DNA of 64,000 bases from an uncultured Desulfurococcales archaeon (GCA_964519505.1 CAZFJX010000002.1:72958-136957); one strand, 5' to 3'. Positions 1 through 9,595 are shown, counted from the stretch's first letter. Translations and numbers: made by a program. Notes: generated from the sequence alone by a model not told the origin.

Positions 1-71
1 TTAGAGAATATCATTAATATCTGTTCAGATTATAAAGTATATTTGTTGAAAAATGTGCATTAGGTGATGCC

Positions 72-1427
72 ATGGATTTAGACGATGTTAAGTGGGTGGA
101 GCTGCATTACACAGACCTAAAAGGTGTGCTTAGATCTGTTACTGTGAATTCCTCTCTCATAAATGATGAAATATTTGAGAAAGGGTTTGGTAAACTTGAT
201 GGAAGCAGCGTTGATTTAAGTCCTATACATGATAGTGACCTAGTTCTTAAGCCGTTAAAATCAACTTACTCCTATGTGCCATGGACCAAGGGCGGTAGAT
301 ATATCTGTCAAATATTTAAGGATGGTTCTAGATTCATTAAGGACCCGCGATACGTTGCTGAATCACTTGAGGAATACCTGAGGGGTTTAAGCTGCGAGGT
401 TTATGCAGGCGTTGAGTTAGAGTTTTTCCTCTTTAACGGTATTAAGGTACTAACATCACCGAATAGATATATCTATGAAATAATTACTAAGGAGGCTATG
501 TGGGAAGCTGATGAGGCCTCTATACCGTTTAAGAGAGCTTACCACGTAACCATGCCTTACGACACTACCTACATGGTGAGGGCTGAGGCATCCGACATAT
601 TAGGAAAGTACTTCAATATACTTGTAACGTTTCATCATCATGAGGTAGCCAGCGGTACTCAGGCTGAGATAGTCATTAATAAGGATACACCATTAAAACT
701 AGCTGATAATATTCAAACGGTTAAATACGTATTAAAGAACGTTGCTAAAAGTCACGGCCTCTACGCATGCTTTATGCCTAAACCCATATATGGTGACAAT
801 GGAAGCGGTCTCCACATACACTTGAGTCTATGGAGAGATGGAAAGAACTTATTCTATGATGAGAATGATGATTACGCAGAATTAAGCCAGCTTGGTAGAT
901 ACTTTATTGGCGGGTTAATAGAACATGGGAGAGCGCTTGCAGCCTTAGTAGCACCAACAACCAATAGTTACAGAAGATTGGTTCCTGGCTATGAAGCACC
1001 AGTATACCTAACGTGGAGCAGGGGTAATAGGTCAGTAGCTATTAGAGTCCCCTCATATCATAAGAAGGACATGCATAGCAAGAGAATAGAGTTTAGACCT
1101 CCAGACCCAACAGCAAATCCATACTTAGCCATACCAGCTATCTTTATGGCTGGATTAGATGGGATAAAGAAATCAAGAGACCCCGGTGACCCTACTGATA
1201 TAGACGTATATAAGCTACCCTCATCAAAATTAAGGGAGTTAGGTATAAGGTCATTACCTAGATCACTTAGTGAAGCTTTAGATGAATTAGAATGTGATAA
1301 TGAGTTTCTTAAGCCAGTCTTCAGTAGTGAATTACTGCAGACATACATAGAGCTTAAGAGGAGGGAGATAGTAGAGATAGAACAACACCCAACACCTGCT
1401 GAAATGAAGTACTACTTATTACTATAA
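72..1427 (+). CDS. glnA: Glutamine synthetase, type I
   Basis: 451-aa ORF with glutamine synthetase catalytic-domain strings in the translation (GSGLHIHLSLW, NSYRRLVPGYEAPVY, NRSVAIRVP). Confidence 0.92.
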   Translation: MDLDDVKWVELHYTDLKGVLRSVTVNSSLINDEIFEKGFGKLDGSSVDLSPIHDSDLVLKPLKSTYSYVPWTKGGRYICQIFKDGSRFIKDPRYVAESLEEYLRGLSCEVYAGVELEFFLFNGIKVLTSPNRYIYEIITKEAMWEADEASIPFKRAYHVTMPYDTTYMVRAEASDILGKYFNILVTFHHHEVASGTQAEIVINKDTPLKLADNIQTVKYVLKNVAKSHGLYACFMPKPIYGDNGSGLHIHLSLWRDGKNLFYDENDDYAELSQLGRYFIGGLIEHGRALAALVAPTTNSYRRLVPGYEAPVYLTWSRGNRSVAIRVPSYHKKDMHSKRIEFRPPDPTANPYLAIPAIFMAGLDGIKKSRDPGDPTDIDVYKLPSSKLRELGIRSLPRSLSEALDELECDNEFLKPVFSSELLQTYIELKRREIVEIEQHPTPAEMKYYLLL

Positions 1428-1475
1428 CATCCCTTCTCAATATTAACCCTTAAATTCATGCATTATGATTCGTGA

Positions 1476-2303
1476 ATGGGTGGTTGTGTGGAGATTTTCA
1501 GATACTCTGTACCTAGTTATCTAAGGATAAATGAAGAGAAGACCGTAAAGAGAATTATCAACTTCATTAGGAATTACATTAAGGAGAGTGGTGTTGCTGG
1601 TGTTGTCTTAGGGTTAAGTGGTGGTAGTGACTCATCTGTGACGGCAGCTCTAGCAGTGAGAGCCTTAGGTCCCTCAAGAGTTAATGCGTTAATAATGCCT
1701 GATAAAGAGAGTAGCCCCCGCAGTGTTAGTGATGCTGAGCACGTTGCTAGGCTATTAGGTATAAGGTATGTCAGAATAGATATAACACCCATAGTTAGCT
1801 CCGTTTTAGGTGCTTTCGGGGATGACTATTCTAAGGCGCCAAAGATACCTAAAGGTAATGTTAAGGCTAGGGCTAGAATGATTTTACTTTACTATATGGC
1901 TAATAAAGAGAACTTAATAGTTTTAGGTACCTCAGATAAGTCTGAATGGCTATTAGGGTACTTCACTAAATGGGGAGACGCCGCAGCTGATGTATATCCG
2001 CTAATAAATCTTTATAAATCTCAAGTGAGATTACTTGGTGATTACTTAGAGCTCCCTGAAGACATTATATGGAAACCATCAACACCAGACCTATGGGTTA
2101 AGCATAGGGCATCTGAGGAACTCGGTGCGGATTACGACGTTATAGACCCCATACTATACCATTATGTTGAGTTATCCTTAAGTCCCAAAGACATAGCTAA
2201 TAAACTAAACATAAACTTAGGGCTAGTTAAGTCCATAGTTAGTAGAGTAAGCCTATATGAGCATAAAAGAAAAATGATTAAGGGGCCGGAGCCTGTCTAT
2301 TAA
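1476..2303 (+). CDS. nadE: NH3-dependent NAD+ synthetase (PP-loop ATPase)
   Basis: PP-loop motif SGGSDSS near the N-terminus, then GYFTKWGD. Length of 275 aa is typical for NadE. Confidence 0.85.
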   Translation: MGGCVEIFRYSVPSYLRINEEKTVKRIINFIRNYIKESGVAGVVLGLSGGSDSSVTAALAVRALGPSRVNALIMPDKESSPRSVSDAEHVARLLGIRYVRIDITPIVSSVLGAFGDDYSKAPKIPKGNVKARARMILLYYMANKENLIVLGTSDKSEWLLGYFTKWGDAAADVYPLINLYKSQVRLLGDYLELPEDIIWKPSTPDLWVKHRASEELGADYDVIDPILYHYVELSLSPKDIANKLNINLGLVKSIVSRVSLYEHKRKMIKGPEPVY

Positions 2304-2311
2304 CTATTGAT

Positions 2312-2368
2312 AGCGATGATGAGCTCAAGACGGTATGATTAATGACTTAAACTCCCCGTTCTGAGCTT
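2312..2368 (+). ncRNA. Candidate C/D-box sRNA (2'-O-methylation guide)
   Basis: Intergenic between nadE and pyrB. Perfect C box ATGATGA (2316-2322), a 12-nt spacer, degenerate D' ATGA (2335-2338), C'-like TAATGA, and perfect D box CTGA (2361-2364). Flanking AGC/GCT can form the terminal stem. The second spacer of about 15 nt is longer than the usual 12. Confidence 0.4.
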
Positions 2369-2451
2369 TTAACTACACTACATTATAACCCCGTAAGCAG
2401 CTCCTAGTAACGGATTTTAGGTGTATTGCCTTATTGGTAAGAGGGGTAATT

Positions 2452-3381
2452 ATGAATCCGTTTAAGGGTAAAGACATTATTTCCTGTAAGGACTTCTCTA
2501 GGGACGACTTACTATATCTCTTTGAAAAGGCCAAGTTAATCGAGCATATGCTTAACGTTAAGGGTAAGGTAGACCTACTACGTGGTAAAGTATTAGCTAC
2601 CTTATTCTTCGAACCTTCAACAAGAACTAGGCTTTCTTTCGAAACGGCAATGCGTAGGTTAAATGGCGACGTTATAGGATTCACGTCTGAGGAGGCTACA
2701 TCAGTGGCTAAGGGTGAAAGTTTTGAGGATACGATAAGAACAGTTAGTCAGTATGCTGATGTAATAGTTGTGAGGCATAAGAGGCCTGGTTCTGCCAAGA
2801 TAGCTGCTGAAGTATCTGATGTCCCAGTAATAAATGCTGGTGATGGAAGTAATGAACACCCAACTCAAGCGTTCTTAGACATATACACCATACTTAAGGA
2901 GAAGGGAAGTATTGATGGGCTAAATATAGCATTAGTTGGTGATTTAAAACATGCAAGAACCATGCACTCCTTAGCATACGCTTTAAGTAATTTCAAGGTA
3001 AAGCTGTATTTAGTCTCACCAGAGGTTTTAAGAATGCCTAAGGAAATAACCGACTACTTAAAAGAGAAAGGTATTGAGTTTCACGAAGTGGATGAATTAT
3101 CTAGCGTTATCAGTGATATAGACGTCCTATACACCGTTAGGGTTCAAAAGGAGAGATTCCCCAGTATTGAGGAGTACGAAAAGGTTAAGGGATCTTACAT
3201 AGTAACTCCTAAACTACTTGATAAAGCTAAGAGTGACTTAATAATACTACATCCATTACCGAGGACTATAGAGCTACCTACAGAGATAGATAAGCTACCG
3301 TACGCTAAGTACTTCAACCAGGTAAAGAACGGTGTATATGTAAGAGCTGCACTTCTAGCGTTAATATTTGATGCACTTTAA
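2452..3381 (+). CDS. pyrB: Aspartate carbamoyltransferase catalytic subunit
   Basis: STRTR, HPTQ and HPLPR motifs. I prefer the ATG at 2452 (MNPFKGKDII, preceded by GAGGGG) over the TTG at 2434 used in the ORF track. Confidence 0.9.
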   Translation: MNPFKGKDIISCKDFSRDDLLYLFEKAKLIEHMLNVKGKVDLLRGKVLATLFFEPSTRTRLSFETAMRRLNGDVIGFTSEEATSVAKGESFEDTIRTVSQYADVIVVRHKRPGSAKIAAEVSDVPVINAGDGSNEHPTQAFLDIYTILKEKGSIDGLNIALVGDLKHARTMHSLAYALSNFKVKLYLVSPEVLRMPKEITDYLKEKGIEFHEVDELSSVISDIDVLYTVRVQKERFPSIEEYEKVKGSYIVTPKLLDKAKSDLIILHPLPRTIELPTEIDKLPYAKYFNQVKNGVYVRAALLALIFDAL

Positions 3382-3842
3382 TCCTTACAGAAATTACAAG
3401 GGCAGACCCTACCCTCTTTTTTAACCATTGGTATCCCGTGAGGGCATTCTAGAGGCTTGCCCATTTTCTCCCATAACTCCATTATAACTGTATAAGGTAC
3501 TTTGTTCTGTATCCTTGAAGCAATGCAACATGCTTCATTGGGTGTTAGGCCAGCCTTAACAAATATATGTTCTAGAATCCCGTGAGCATGTATTAACATG
3601 CGCGCTAAAACACATCCATTACCAGTTAACGTTACGTAACCGCGTTTAACCACACATGTTAATCCTCTCTTGGCTAATTTCCTAACCATTATGGATACTG
3701 TCGGTAGGGCTAAGTTTAGGTGCTTTGATAGGTCACTAATCTTGATAGGTCTGGAGTCACCCCCTAACTCAAAAATCGCTAGTATGTACTTCATCTCGCA
3801 ATCAGATAATTCAGTTATTCCTAGTGAGGACTCAGCCTTCAT
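3378..3842 (-). CDS. DtxR/MntR-family metal-dependent transcriptional repressor
   Basis: N-terminal wHTH (ISDLSKHLNLALPTVSIMVRKLAKRGL) followed by a dimerisation/metal-binding region with His and Cys ligands. Last gene of the metal ABC transporter operon, overlapping the permease gene by 1 nt. Confidence 0.8.
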   Translation of the reverse strand: MKAESSLGITELSDCEMKYILAIFELGGDSRPIKISDLSKHLNLALPTVSIMVRKLAKRGLTCVVKRGYVTLTGNGCVLARMLIHAHGILEHIFVKAGLTPNEACCIASRIQNKVPYTVIMELWEKMGKPLECPHGIPMVKKEGRVCPCNFCKD

Positions 3843-4660
3843 TACCTCTTCACCTTAAGCAATTCACTAAGTATTAGTGTTGCTGCTGCGAAAATACCTA
3901 ACCCACCACTTGGTGGTAGATAAGCTATGTAAGCAAGTATGTATCCCCCAAGGGCGATTGCTAAAGCTATAAATATAGATAGATGCATATACTTCCTCCT
4001 AGATAGTTGTAAGGCGAGAGCCCCAGGCGCTGCGATAGTTATGTGGGCAGCTATTATGCCTATGGTCATTGTAAGAGTTATGGCTAATATGGCTATGACT
4101 GTATAAAGTACATACCTATAGAGTCTAACATTGAGGCCCATAGATCTAGCTCCTAACTCATCAAACGCTATGTATATAATCTCCCTCCTAAACAGCAGTA
4201 CTAATGCTCCGACAACCGCTGAGGCTGCGATTAATAAGCTTATGTCTGAAAGAGTGATTATCGATGAAGTACCAACGACTAAAGACCACGCCTGAGCAAT
4301 AGCTATACTTGATTTGGTAGCTACAAAATAGCTAAGCACCACGGTGATTGCTGAAGATATGGCTATCATGACGCTAGCAGCAGTATCAGGAGGGTACCCA
4401 CGCTCAACTAATTCAGCAGTGAGTATGGCCACTAATATCACGTATATTAAGGCAACATGAATCATAGGAACCGAAACACCGCATACGTAATATAGATAAA
4501 CAGCTAGTACTCCCCCAGCTAAGACGTTATGAATCATTGAAAGCCCTGTAAGCAATGTTTTAGCTAATGTGAGTAACGGACTAGATATACCGACTAAGAC
4601 ACCGCTTAGTAATGATGCTATTAAAACCCTTAATAAGAGAGGATCAACCATGATCCTCAC
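3842..4660 (-). CDS. ABC-3 family (Mn/Zn/Fe chelate type) transporter permease
   Basis: 272-aa polytopic membrane protein in an operon with the ATPase and a cluster-9-type binding protein. Overlaps the ATPase gene by 17 nt. Confidence 0.8.
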   Translation of the reverse strand: MRIMVDPLLLRVLIASLLSGVLVGISSPLLTLAKTLLTGLSMIHNVLAGGVLAVYLYYVCGVSVPMIHVALIYVILVAILTAELVERGYPPDTAASVMIAISSAITVVLSYFVATKSSIAIAQAWSLVVGTSSIITLSDISLLIAASAVVGALVLLFRREIIYIAFDELGARSMGLNVRLYRYVLYTVIAILAITLTMTIGIIAAHITIAAPGALALQLSRRKYMHLSIFIALAIALGGYILAYIAYLPPSGGLGIFAAATLILSELLKVKR

Positions 4661-5417
4661 CGAGAACTATAAGGTTCTTGAACTCTACAGTTCCTGGATA
4701 AACCTTCCTAAGGATTTCCGGCCTTAGCACCTCATGAGCCTTACCGACCGCATATACCCTCTTATTAAGCAGTATTACTAACGGCTCAAAGGGTATACAG
4801 GGACTTACCTCATGAGCCACCATTAAGATATCTATCCCTATCTCGGTATAAAGCTTATATAGTAGTTCAGCTAATTCACACTTCATGTGGAAATCAAGCA
4901 TGGAGAATGGTTCATCAAGAAGAAGCAATTTAGGTCTCCTAACCAATGCTCTAGCTATCATTACCCTCTGCTTTAACCCACCACTAAGTTCACTAAATAA
5001 GCATTCCTTACATTGCTCGATCTCAAGCATCTTGAGCACTTTATCGACATATTCGTAATCCTCCTTTAAAGGTATCCTAGGCGCTTTTCTAGAGCTTAGT
5101 AAGCCCATCATAACAATATCCTTAACCAATAGGGGTATGGACTCATCAACCTGTATGAGTTGCGGTACGTAACTAACCAGTTTAGATATTTGACCTTTAT
5201 CACGGTGCGGTACGTAGCCATAGACCTCAATATACCCTTTAGTAGGTTTAAGTAACCCGGCAATAACCTTAAGTAAGGTGGTTTTACCTGCACCATTAGG
5301 TCCCATAACTATTGCATAAAAAGGTGACTTAAGTTCTAGACTTATATCCTCTAACGCCCTTATCTTAGAATTAAAAATTACTGAGACCTCCTTTAATTTT
5401 AAATTATTACCCCTCAT
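4644..5417 (-). CDS. ABC transporter ATP-binding protein (metal import type)
   Basis: Walker A GPNGAGKTT, signature LSGGLKQR, Walker B LLLLDEP. Confidence 0.88.
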   Translation of the reverse strand: MRGNNLKLKEVSVIFNSKIRALEDISLELKSPFYAIVMGPNGAGKTTLLKVIAGLLKPTKGYIEVYGYVPHRDKGQISKLVSYVPQLIQVDESIPLLVKDIVMMGLLSSRKAPRIPLKEDYEYVDKVLKMLEIEQCKECLFSELSGGLKQRVMIARALVRRPKLLLLDEPFSMLDFHMKCELAELLYKLYTEIGIDILMVAHEVSPCIPFEPLVILLNKRVYAVGKAHEVLRPEILRKVYPGTVEFKNLIVLGEDHG

Positions 5418-5421
5418 TTAA

Positions 5422-6435
5422 TCACCTATGGGTAATTCTAATTATTAATGTAGCTAGTACTGTAAGGAGTACTATGTTACTTATTGCTAGGGCCAATGTT
5501 AGTTCTGTAAGGTCTTGCTGAGGAACTATATTTAACTCGGTATGTAAGGTGCATTTAGGAATCTCAGTAAGTAATCCAAGTACTACGTCATAAGGGTCTT
5601 CTCCCGTAACATTAATTACTACGTACGTTATACCGCTCTCTTCTAGAAATGAAGTGATTTTAGGGTTATGGTTCAAATCAGCATCAGTTAATAAAACGCA
5701 ATCTATTTCTCCCTTACGATATAAGTCCTTCACGTGATTAAGTTTAGCTAGTGAAGGTTCAACACCTAACTCAGGCACTATAATAGTAATGGTACTTATG
5801 TTTAAGTCATGAACAACGTACTGAAGTATAGGTGAGTATAAAGCTACCCTTAAACCACCATACTTTTTTGCACCGTAAACGTAGATTCTTGTGAGCGTAT
5901 CTAGGTATTTCATAGACTTAGCCTTCACCACACTTAACTTACTGTAATTAATTTTCATCAATGAATCCATGAACGTTAATAATACGGCCCTAACACCACT
6001 CAAGGAGAAGAAGAATCCATGATAATTAATTGAGTTATCAACCTTTAGGGGCCTTAATCCGTGAAGTACGTAGTCTTGAAAACCTAGTACTGTAGCGTTA
6101 ACTAAACCCTCAGACCTCAACTTAAAAATGCGTTCTTCAGTAACTGTATGCTTAGGACCTGAAGTAATGACTATGTCAGCCCTTCTCAAATATTTAGTAA
6201 GTTCCCTTAGTGGTACTTCATATTTATGAGGATCAACCCCCGGAGGCACTATATTTTCAACGGCTATTCCCTCATCAATTACAGATTCAATTATATCATG
6301 CATGGGCTTTATAGTCGTGATCACTAATATTTCCGTCTTGGCTGAATCGGCAAGCATAATATTCGATATACTTAACAACATCATAATCATCAGCATTACT
6401 AGGCATAATTTACTGAGGCACACATCCATGACCAT
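5422..6435 (-). CDS. Metal (Mn/Zn) ABC transporter substrate-binding protein, TroA/ZnuA-like, with C-terminal membrane anchor
   Basis: N-terminal signal-like hydrophobic segment, a DPH-containing metal-site string (PPGVDPHKYE) and a C-terminal hydrophobic span. First gene of the operon. Confidence 0.7.
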   Translation of the reverse strand: MVMDVCLSKLCLVMLMIMMLLSISNIMLADSAKTEILVITTIKPMHDIIESVIDEGIAVENIVPPGVDPHKYEVPLRELTKYLRRADIVITSGPKHTVTEERIFKLRSEGLVNATVLGFQDYVLHGLRPLKVDNSINYHGFFFSLSGVRAVLLTFMDSLMKINYSKLSVVKAKSMKYLDTLTRIYVYGAKKYGGLRVALYSPILQYVVHDLNISTITIIVPELGVEPSLAKLNHVKDLYRKGEIDCVLLTDADLNHNPKITSFLEESGITYVVINVTGEDPYDVVLGLLTEIPKCTLHTELNIVPQQDLTELTLALAISNIVLLTVLATLIIRITHR

Positions 6436-6477
6436 TAAATAACGCTTTAGGGGGTTTAAATTTTTATTGCGTAAAAA

Positions 6478-8817
6478 TTACGAAGAAGATTCGTAGTAGT
6501 AACATATATCGCCAACATTTACGGCATAATAGTGCTTATTACCTTCCTTATTATCCGTTACATGCAATATGGGTCTTTCAAATAATTTAGATAGCTTAAC
6601 TAAATCATTAAATGAACTAATCTTCAACTTACTTGTTACGTTATCTAAACTCTCAACATTAACTATTATATCGCCATACTCACGCATTATCCTCTCATGC
6701 TCACTTAACTTTACTCCCTTCATGAATAGCTTATAGTATATCAGAAAGAATAATAATGCAGAGGACATTAGAATAGCGTATGAGATATTTCTTAAAGACT
6801 TTACATCAGTGTTTATTAAGTTAAATAATTCTACCTTATTGCTTACTTCTTTAAAGCTTATCGGGTTAGATGATGATTTAGACCTTAGATTGTGGAATTT
6901 AATTATGTTATTAGAATAGCTCATTTCAATAGTTGCTTGTGGTGTAAATGTCTTTTCAATAGAGCCTCCTGACTTTCTAGGTATGTAGGACTTAATCACG
7001 GGTTTTATGGTGATAACGTATGAAGGTGCCGAAATGCCTGTCTCCTTCCTTATCTGGGTGATTAGTGACTTAACTTCGCTAATATTTAATCTCAGTACTT
7101 CATATATCCTTGATTCATTAAAGATCTTCTTAGGTACGTGTATGACGTCCTTACTCCATTCACCAGGCTCTTCAAGGGTTACGTAGATTTCGTAGTAACC
7201 ATGTATAGGTCCCTCAGGGTTCGAGCTTATACTTATATTCATAAATATCACTAGTTCTTCAGTAAGCGTGAGGTATATCTTATCTAGATTACTTACTGTG
7301 GTTTTATTATAAACTATGTTTGGTTTTAGTAGAGCACTATATGAGTAATCAGCCATCAGTGTATATGAATAGTCTTTATAGATAGGTTCCTTTACGGTAA
7401 GTGGTAAAGCATGTGTATATACCGTAAAGAGTGAGGATAATATGAGCAAAACTGCAGCCGACAGTACCACTGTGAGTTTTACTAATTTCTTTCTAGATAA
7501 ACTAATGCTCTTCTTCCCTGATTTCATACTTTTACTCAATTTACTTAACCTACTTTTCTTTCTAGTATTATGCTTTACAGATTTACTCAGCACTATATAA
7601 GTTACTATGGAAGAAAATACTATAAATGAGGCAAATCCGGTAGGTGTTGTTAAGTAATTAATTAAAGCACCTGTAAATACCCAGAAATGCATCGTTAAGA
7701 GACCTAAGTAAGGTACTATAGCTATAACCTTACCCATAAGGTTCTTCTCAGTTGCCATTACCGGGTCTACATCGGTATTATTGTCACCTTTGGTTACGTA
7801 ATATTTAACCCCATTTATCTCACGGATATCTACGACTCTATGGACGTATGGGTATTGAGGTCCCATGACCTGTATTATGTCATTTACATGTATGTCTGAG
7901 GTATGCATATTTAAGCTACTCACGACTATTAAGTCTCCAACATTTATGGTAGGTCTCATACTGCCACTAACGACAACTGAAATCTTAATGCCGAAGAATC
8001 CTGTTATGAATAGTATCAATATTGAGACAATGGCTACGTAAGTAAATAACTTTATTTCACTCTTACCTATAGTCCTTTTATCGTAAGGATTGCTTAACTC
8101 ATTTATTGTAATGAGTACCGCCATGGGTAAGATTACGCTAGTTAATGAATCATAATACCAGGGTATGTTAGGCATTAATGGCGTTAAATAATAGTAAATG
8201 GTATAGGGTAATAAGAAAAAGACACTTAAGATAGGTCCTCCTAATATAACTATATATGTCAGTAACACGTTTTTAGCTAATAATGGTAATAGCCTAGAAC
8301 TTAGGTACTTAGCCAGTAAGGTTGAATCAGCTATGGCAGTTAATGAGTTAGGATTTAGCTGAATTAATGTAAATATAGATGCTACTACTAAGATTGTTAA
8401 GGGTACGTTTCTCCTTAAGAATCCCTTAAAACCTAAATACTTAATTAAGAAACCCCTAGCGAACTCCATGCCAACTAATGCGGGTAAGGCTCTACCCATG
8501 TTAATTAAGAAACCCTTTAATGATCTATCATAAGGACTTAAACCGGTACCAAGGAAGTAAGCTACTACTATATCCCCTATTATCATGATAGCTGAGGCAG
8601 CTATAGCTGCTAGGTATATATGATTACTTATAGGACTTGTCTTTAGGTGATTTAAGGTCATTAGGACTATAAATCCCCATATGATTGATACTAAGATATA
8701 AGTAAGTGGGTAAGGTATGACAGGTGTGTAAAGAATTATGTGAGTTAGTGCCACGAGTATGAATACGAGAATAAGGAGTCTATTCATGGTTTTCCTATAT
8801 TTTACGTCATGAGGCAT
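6478..8817 (-). CDS. Fusion protein: polytopic membrane domain + archaeal/ER-type (SipW-like) signal peptidase I + bitopic C-terminal domain
   Basis: 779 aa. S26 motifs lie mid-protein (VVSGSMRPTINVGDLIVV, YVHRVVD, TKGDNN). At least 7 hydrophobic spans precede the peptidase. After it come a Lys/Ser-rich linker, a TM span, about 230 aa of soluble region, another TM span and a tail. Directly downstream of two SipW-substrate-like genes. Confidence 0.75.
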   Translation of the reverse strand: MPHDVKYRKTMNRLLILVFILVALTHIILYTPVIPYPLTYILVSIIWGFIVLMTLNHLKTSPISNHIYLAAIAASAIMIIGDIVVAYFLGTGLSPYDRSLKGFLINMGRALPALVGMEFARGFLIKYLGFKGFLRRNVPLTILVVASIFTLIQLNPNSLTAIADSTLLAKYLSSRLLPLLAKNVLLTYIVILGGPILSVFFLLPYTIYYYLTPLMPNIPWYYDSLTSVILPMAVLITINELSNPYDKRTIGKSEIKLFTYVAIVSILILFITGFFGIKISVVVSGSMRPTINVGDLIVVSSLNMHTSDIHVNDIIQVMGPQYPYVHRVVDIREINGVKYYVTKGDNNTDVDPVMATEKNLMGKVIAIVPYLGLLTMHFWVFTGALINYLTTPTGFASFIVFSSIVTYIVLSKSVKHNTRKKSRLSKLSKSMKSGKKSISLSRKKLVKLTVVLSAAVLLILSSLFTVYTHALPLTVKEPIYKDYSYTLMADYSYSALLKPNIVYNKTTVSNLDKIYLTLTEELVIFMNISISSNPEGPIHGYYEIYVTLEEPGEWSKDVIHVPKKIFNESRIYEVLRLNISEVKSLITQIRKETGISAPSYVITIKPVIKSYIPRKSGGSIEKTFTPQATIEMSYSNNIIKFHNLRSKSSSNPISFKEVSNKVELFNLINTDVKSLRNISYAILMSSALLFFLIYYKLFMKGVKLSEHERIMREYGDIIVNVESLDNVTSKLKISSFNDLVKLSKLFERPILHVTDNKEGNKHYYAVNVGDICYYYESSS

Positions 8818-8913
8818 GATTTACCACGGTCATATCAATTATATAGGGAGGGGTTTTCACCCCTAAAAATGGGGTTTTACTCTTACTTTTGATTTAATAT
8901 TGCCTTAGCCAAG

Positions 8914-9573
8914 TTACCGAGGTAAGAGTTCCTCATACTCATTCCACTGTACAGCCTCGAACGATATTGTTAAGGTCAATGTAGTGTTTTGAGGTGCACC
9001 TTGGAGCACTGTTATATCAAAGCTTATATCAGCTGAGTGGCAAGGTTCCAACTGTGTACCGAAGTTATCGCCCCACCACAGCAGTATATCAGGTATCCCA
9101 TCCCCACTAAGATCAATCTCTATACCCTGCTGTAATACCTGTTCATTTAGCTCGTAATATTCTTCACCATTTATTATGACTCTCCATATCTTTATCGGTA
9201 TAGTACCTGTGTTATGTACCTTGAAAGCTATATGTTCATAGTACCAAGGATACACGTTTATTAGAGTCACTATCATGACTTCATTATCCCCATCGCCATC
9301 AAAGTCACGTAGAACTACTTCGGTGCACCCAACATCTTTATCTAATTGAGTAGATCCTGGTTCCGGTAATAGCGATGCGTTGTAATCATTGACTGAGTAT
9401 AAGCAGCTATCTAAGTGTATTACAGTACCATTAACGAACTCCCAATCAACTATGCCAGTAACTACTTCGGCATTCATCCTAAGGACTTCAGACCACATAG
9501 CGTATGATGCCGAAATTATTACGGCAATCATGAACAGTGTTAATGGGATTGTTATTAATTTCTTAGACCTCAT
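8914..9573 (-). CDS. Secreted TasA/camelysin-like (AbpA-like) fibre subunit candidate, paralogue 1
   Basis: MRSKK + hydrophobic span + SASYA/MWSEVLRMNAEVVTGIVDWE, which has the layout of a SipW-dependent signal. Shares NVYPWY, NTGTIPIK and C-terminal VQWNE motifs with the neighbouring gene product. Confidence 0.65.
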   Translation of the reverse strand: MRSKKLITIPLTLFMIAVIISASYAMWSEVLRMNAEVVTGIVDWEFVNGTVIHLDSCLYSVNDYNASLLPEPGSTQLDKDVGCTEVVLRDFDGDGDNEVMIVTLINVYPWYYEHIAFKVHNTGTIPIKIWRVIINGEEYYELNEQVLQQGIEIDLSGDGIPDILLWWGDNFGTQLEPCHSADISFDITVLQGAPQNTTLTLTISFEAVQWNEYEELLPR

Positions 9574-9595
9574 GAACAGTCACCAAAATCTTTAG

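Noticed and set aside
1-71. Partial inverted repeat (GAATATCATTAATATC region) and a TATA-like ATTATAAAG upstream of glnA, considered as a nitrogen-regulator site.
   Set aside because: The repeat is imperfect when written out, and the region is cut by the window edge. I cannot support it as a regulatory site.
3670-3858. 62-aa plus-strand ORF overlapping the DtxR-family gene and the permease stop.
   Set aside because: It is antisense to a confident CDS and has no start context or motifs.
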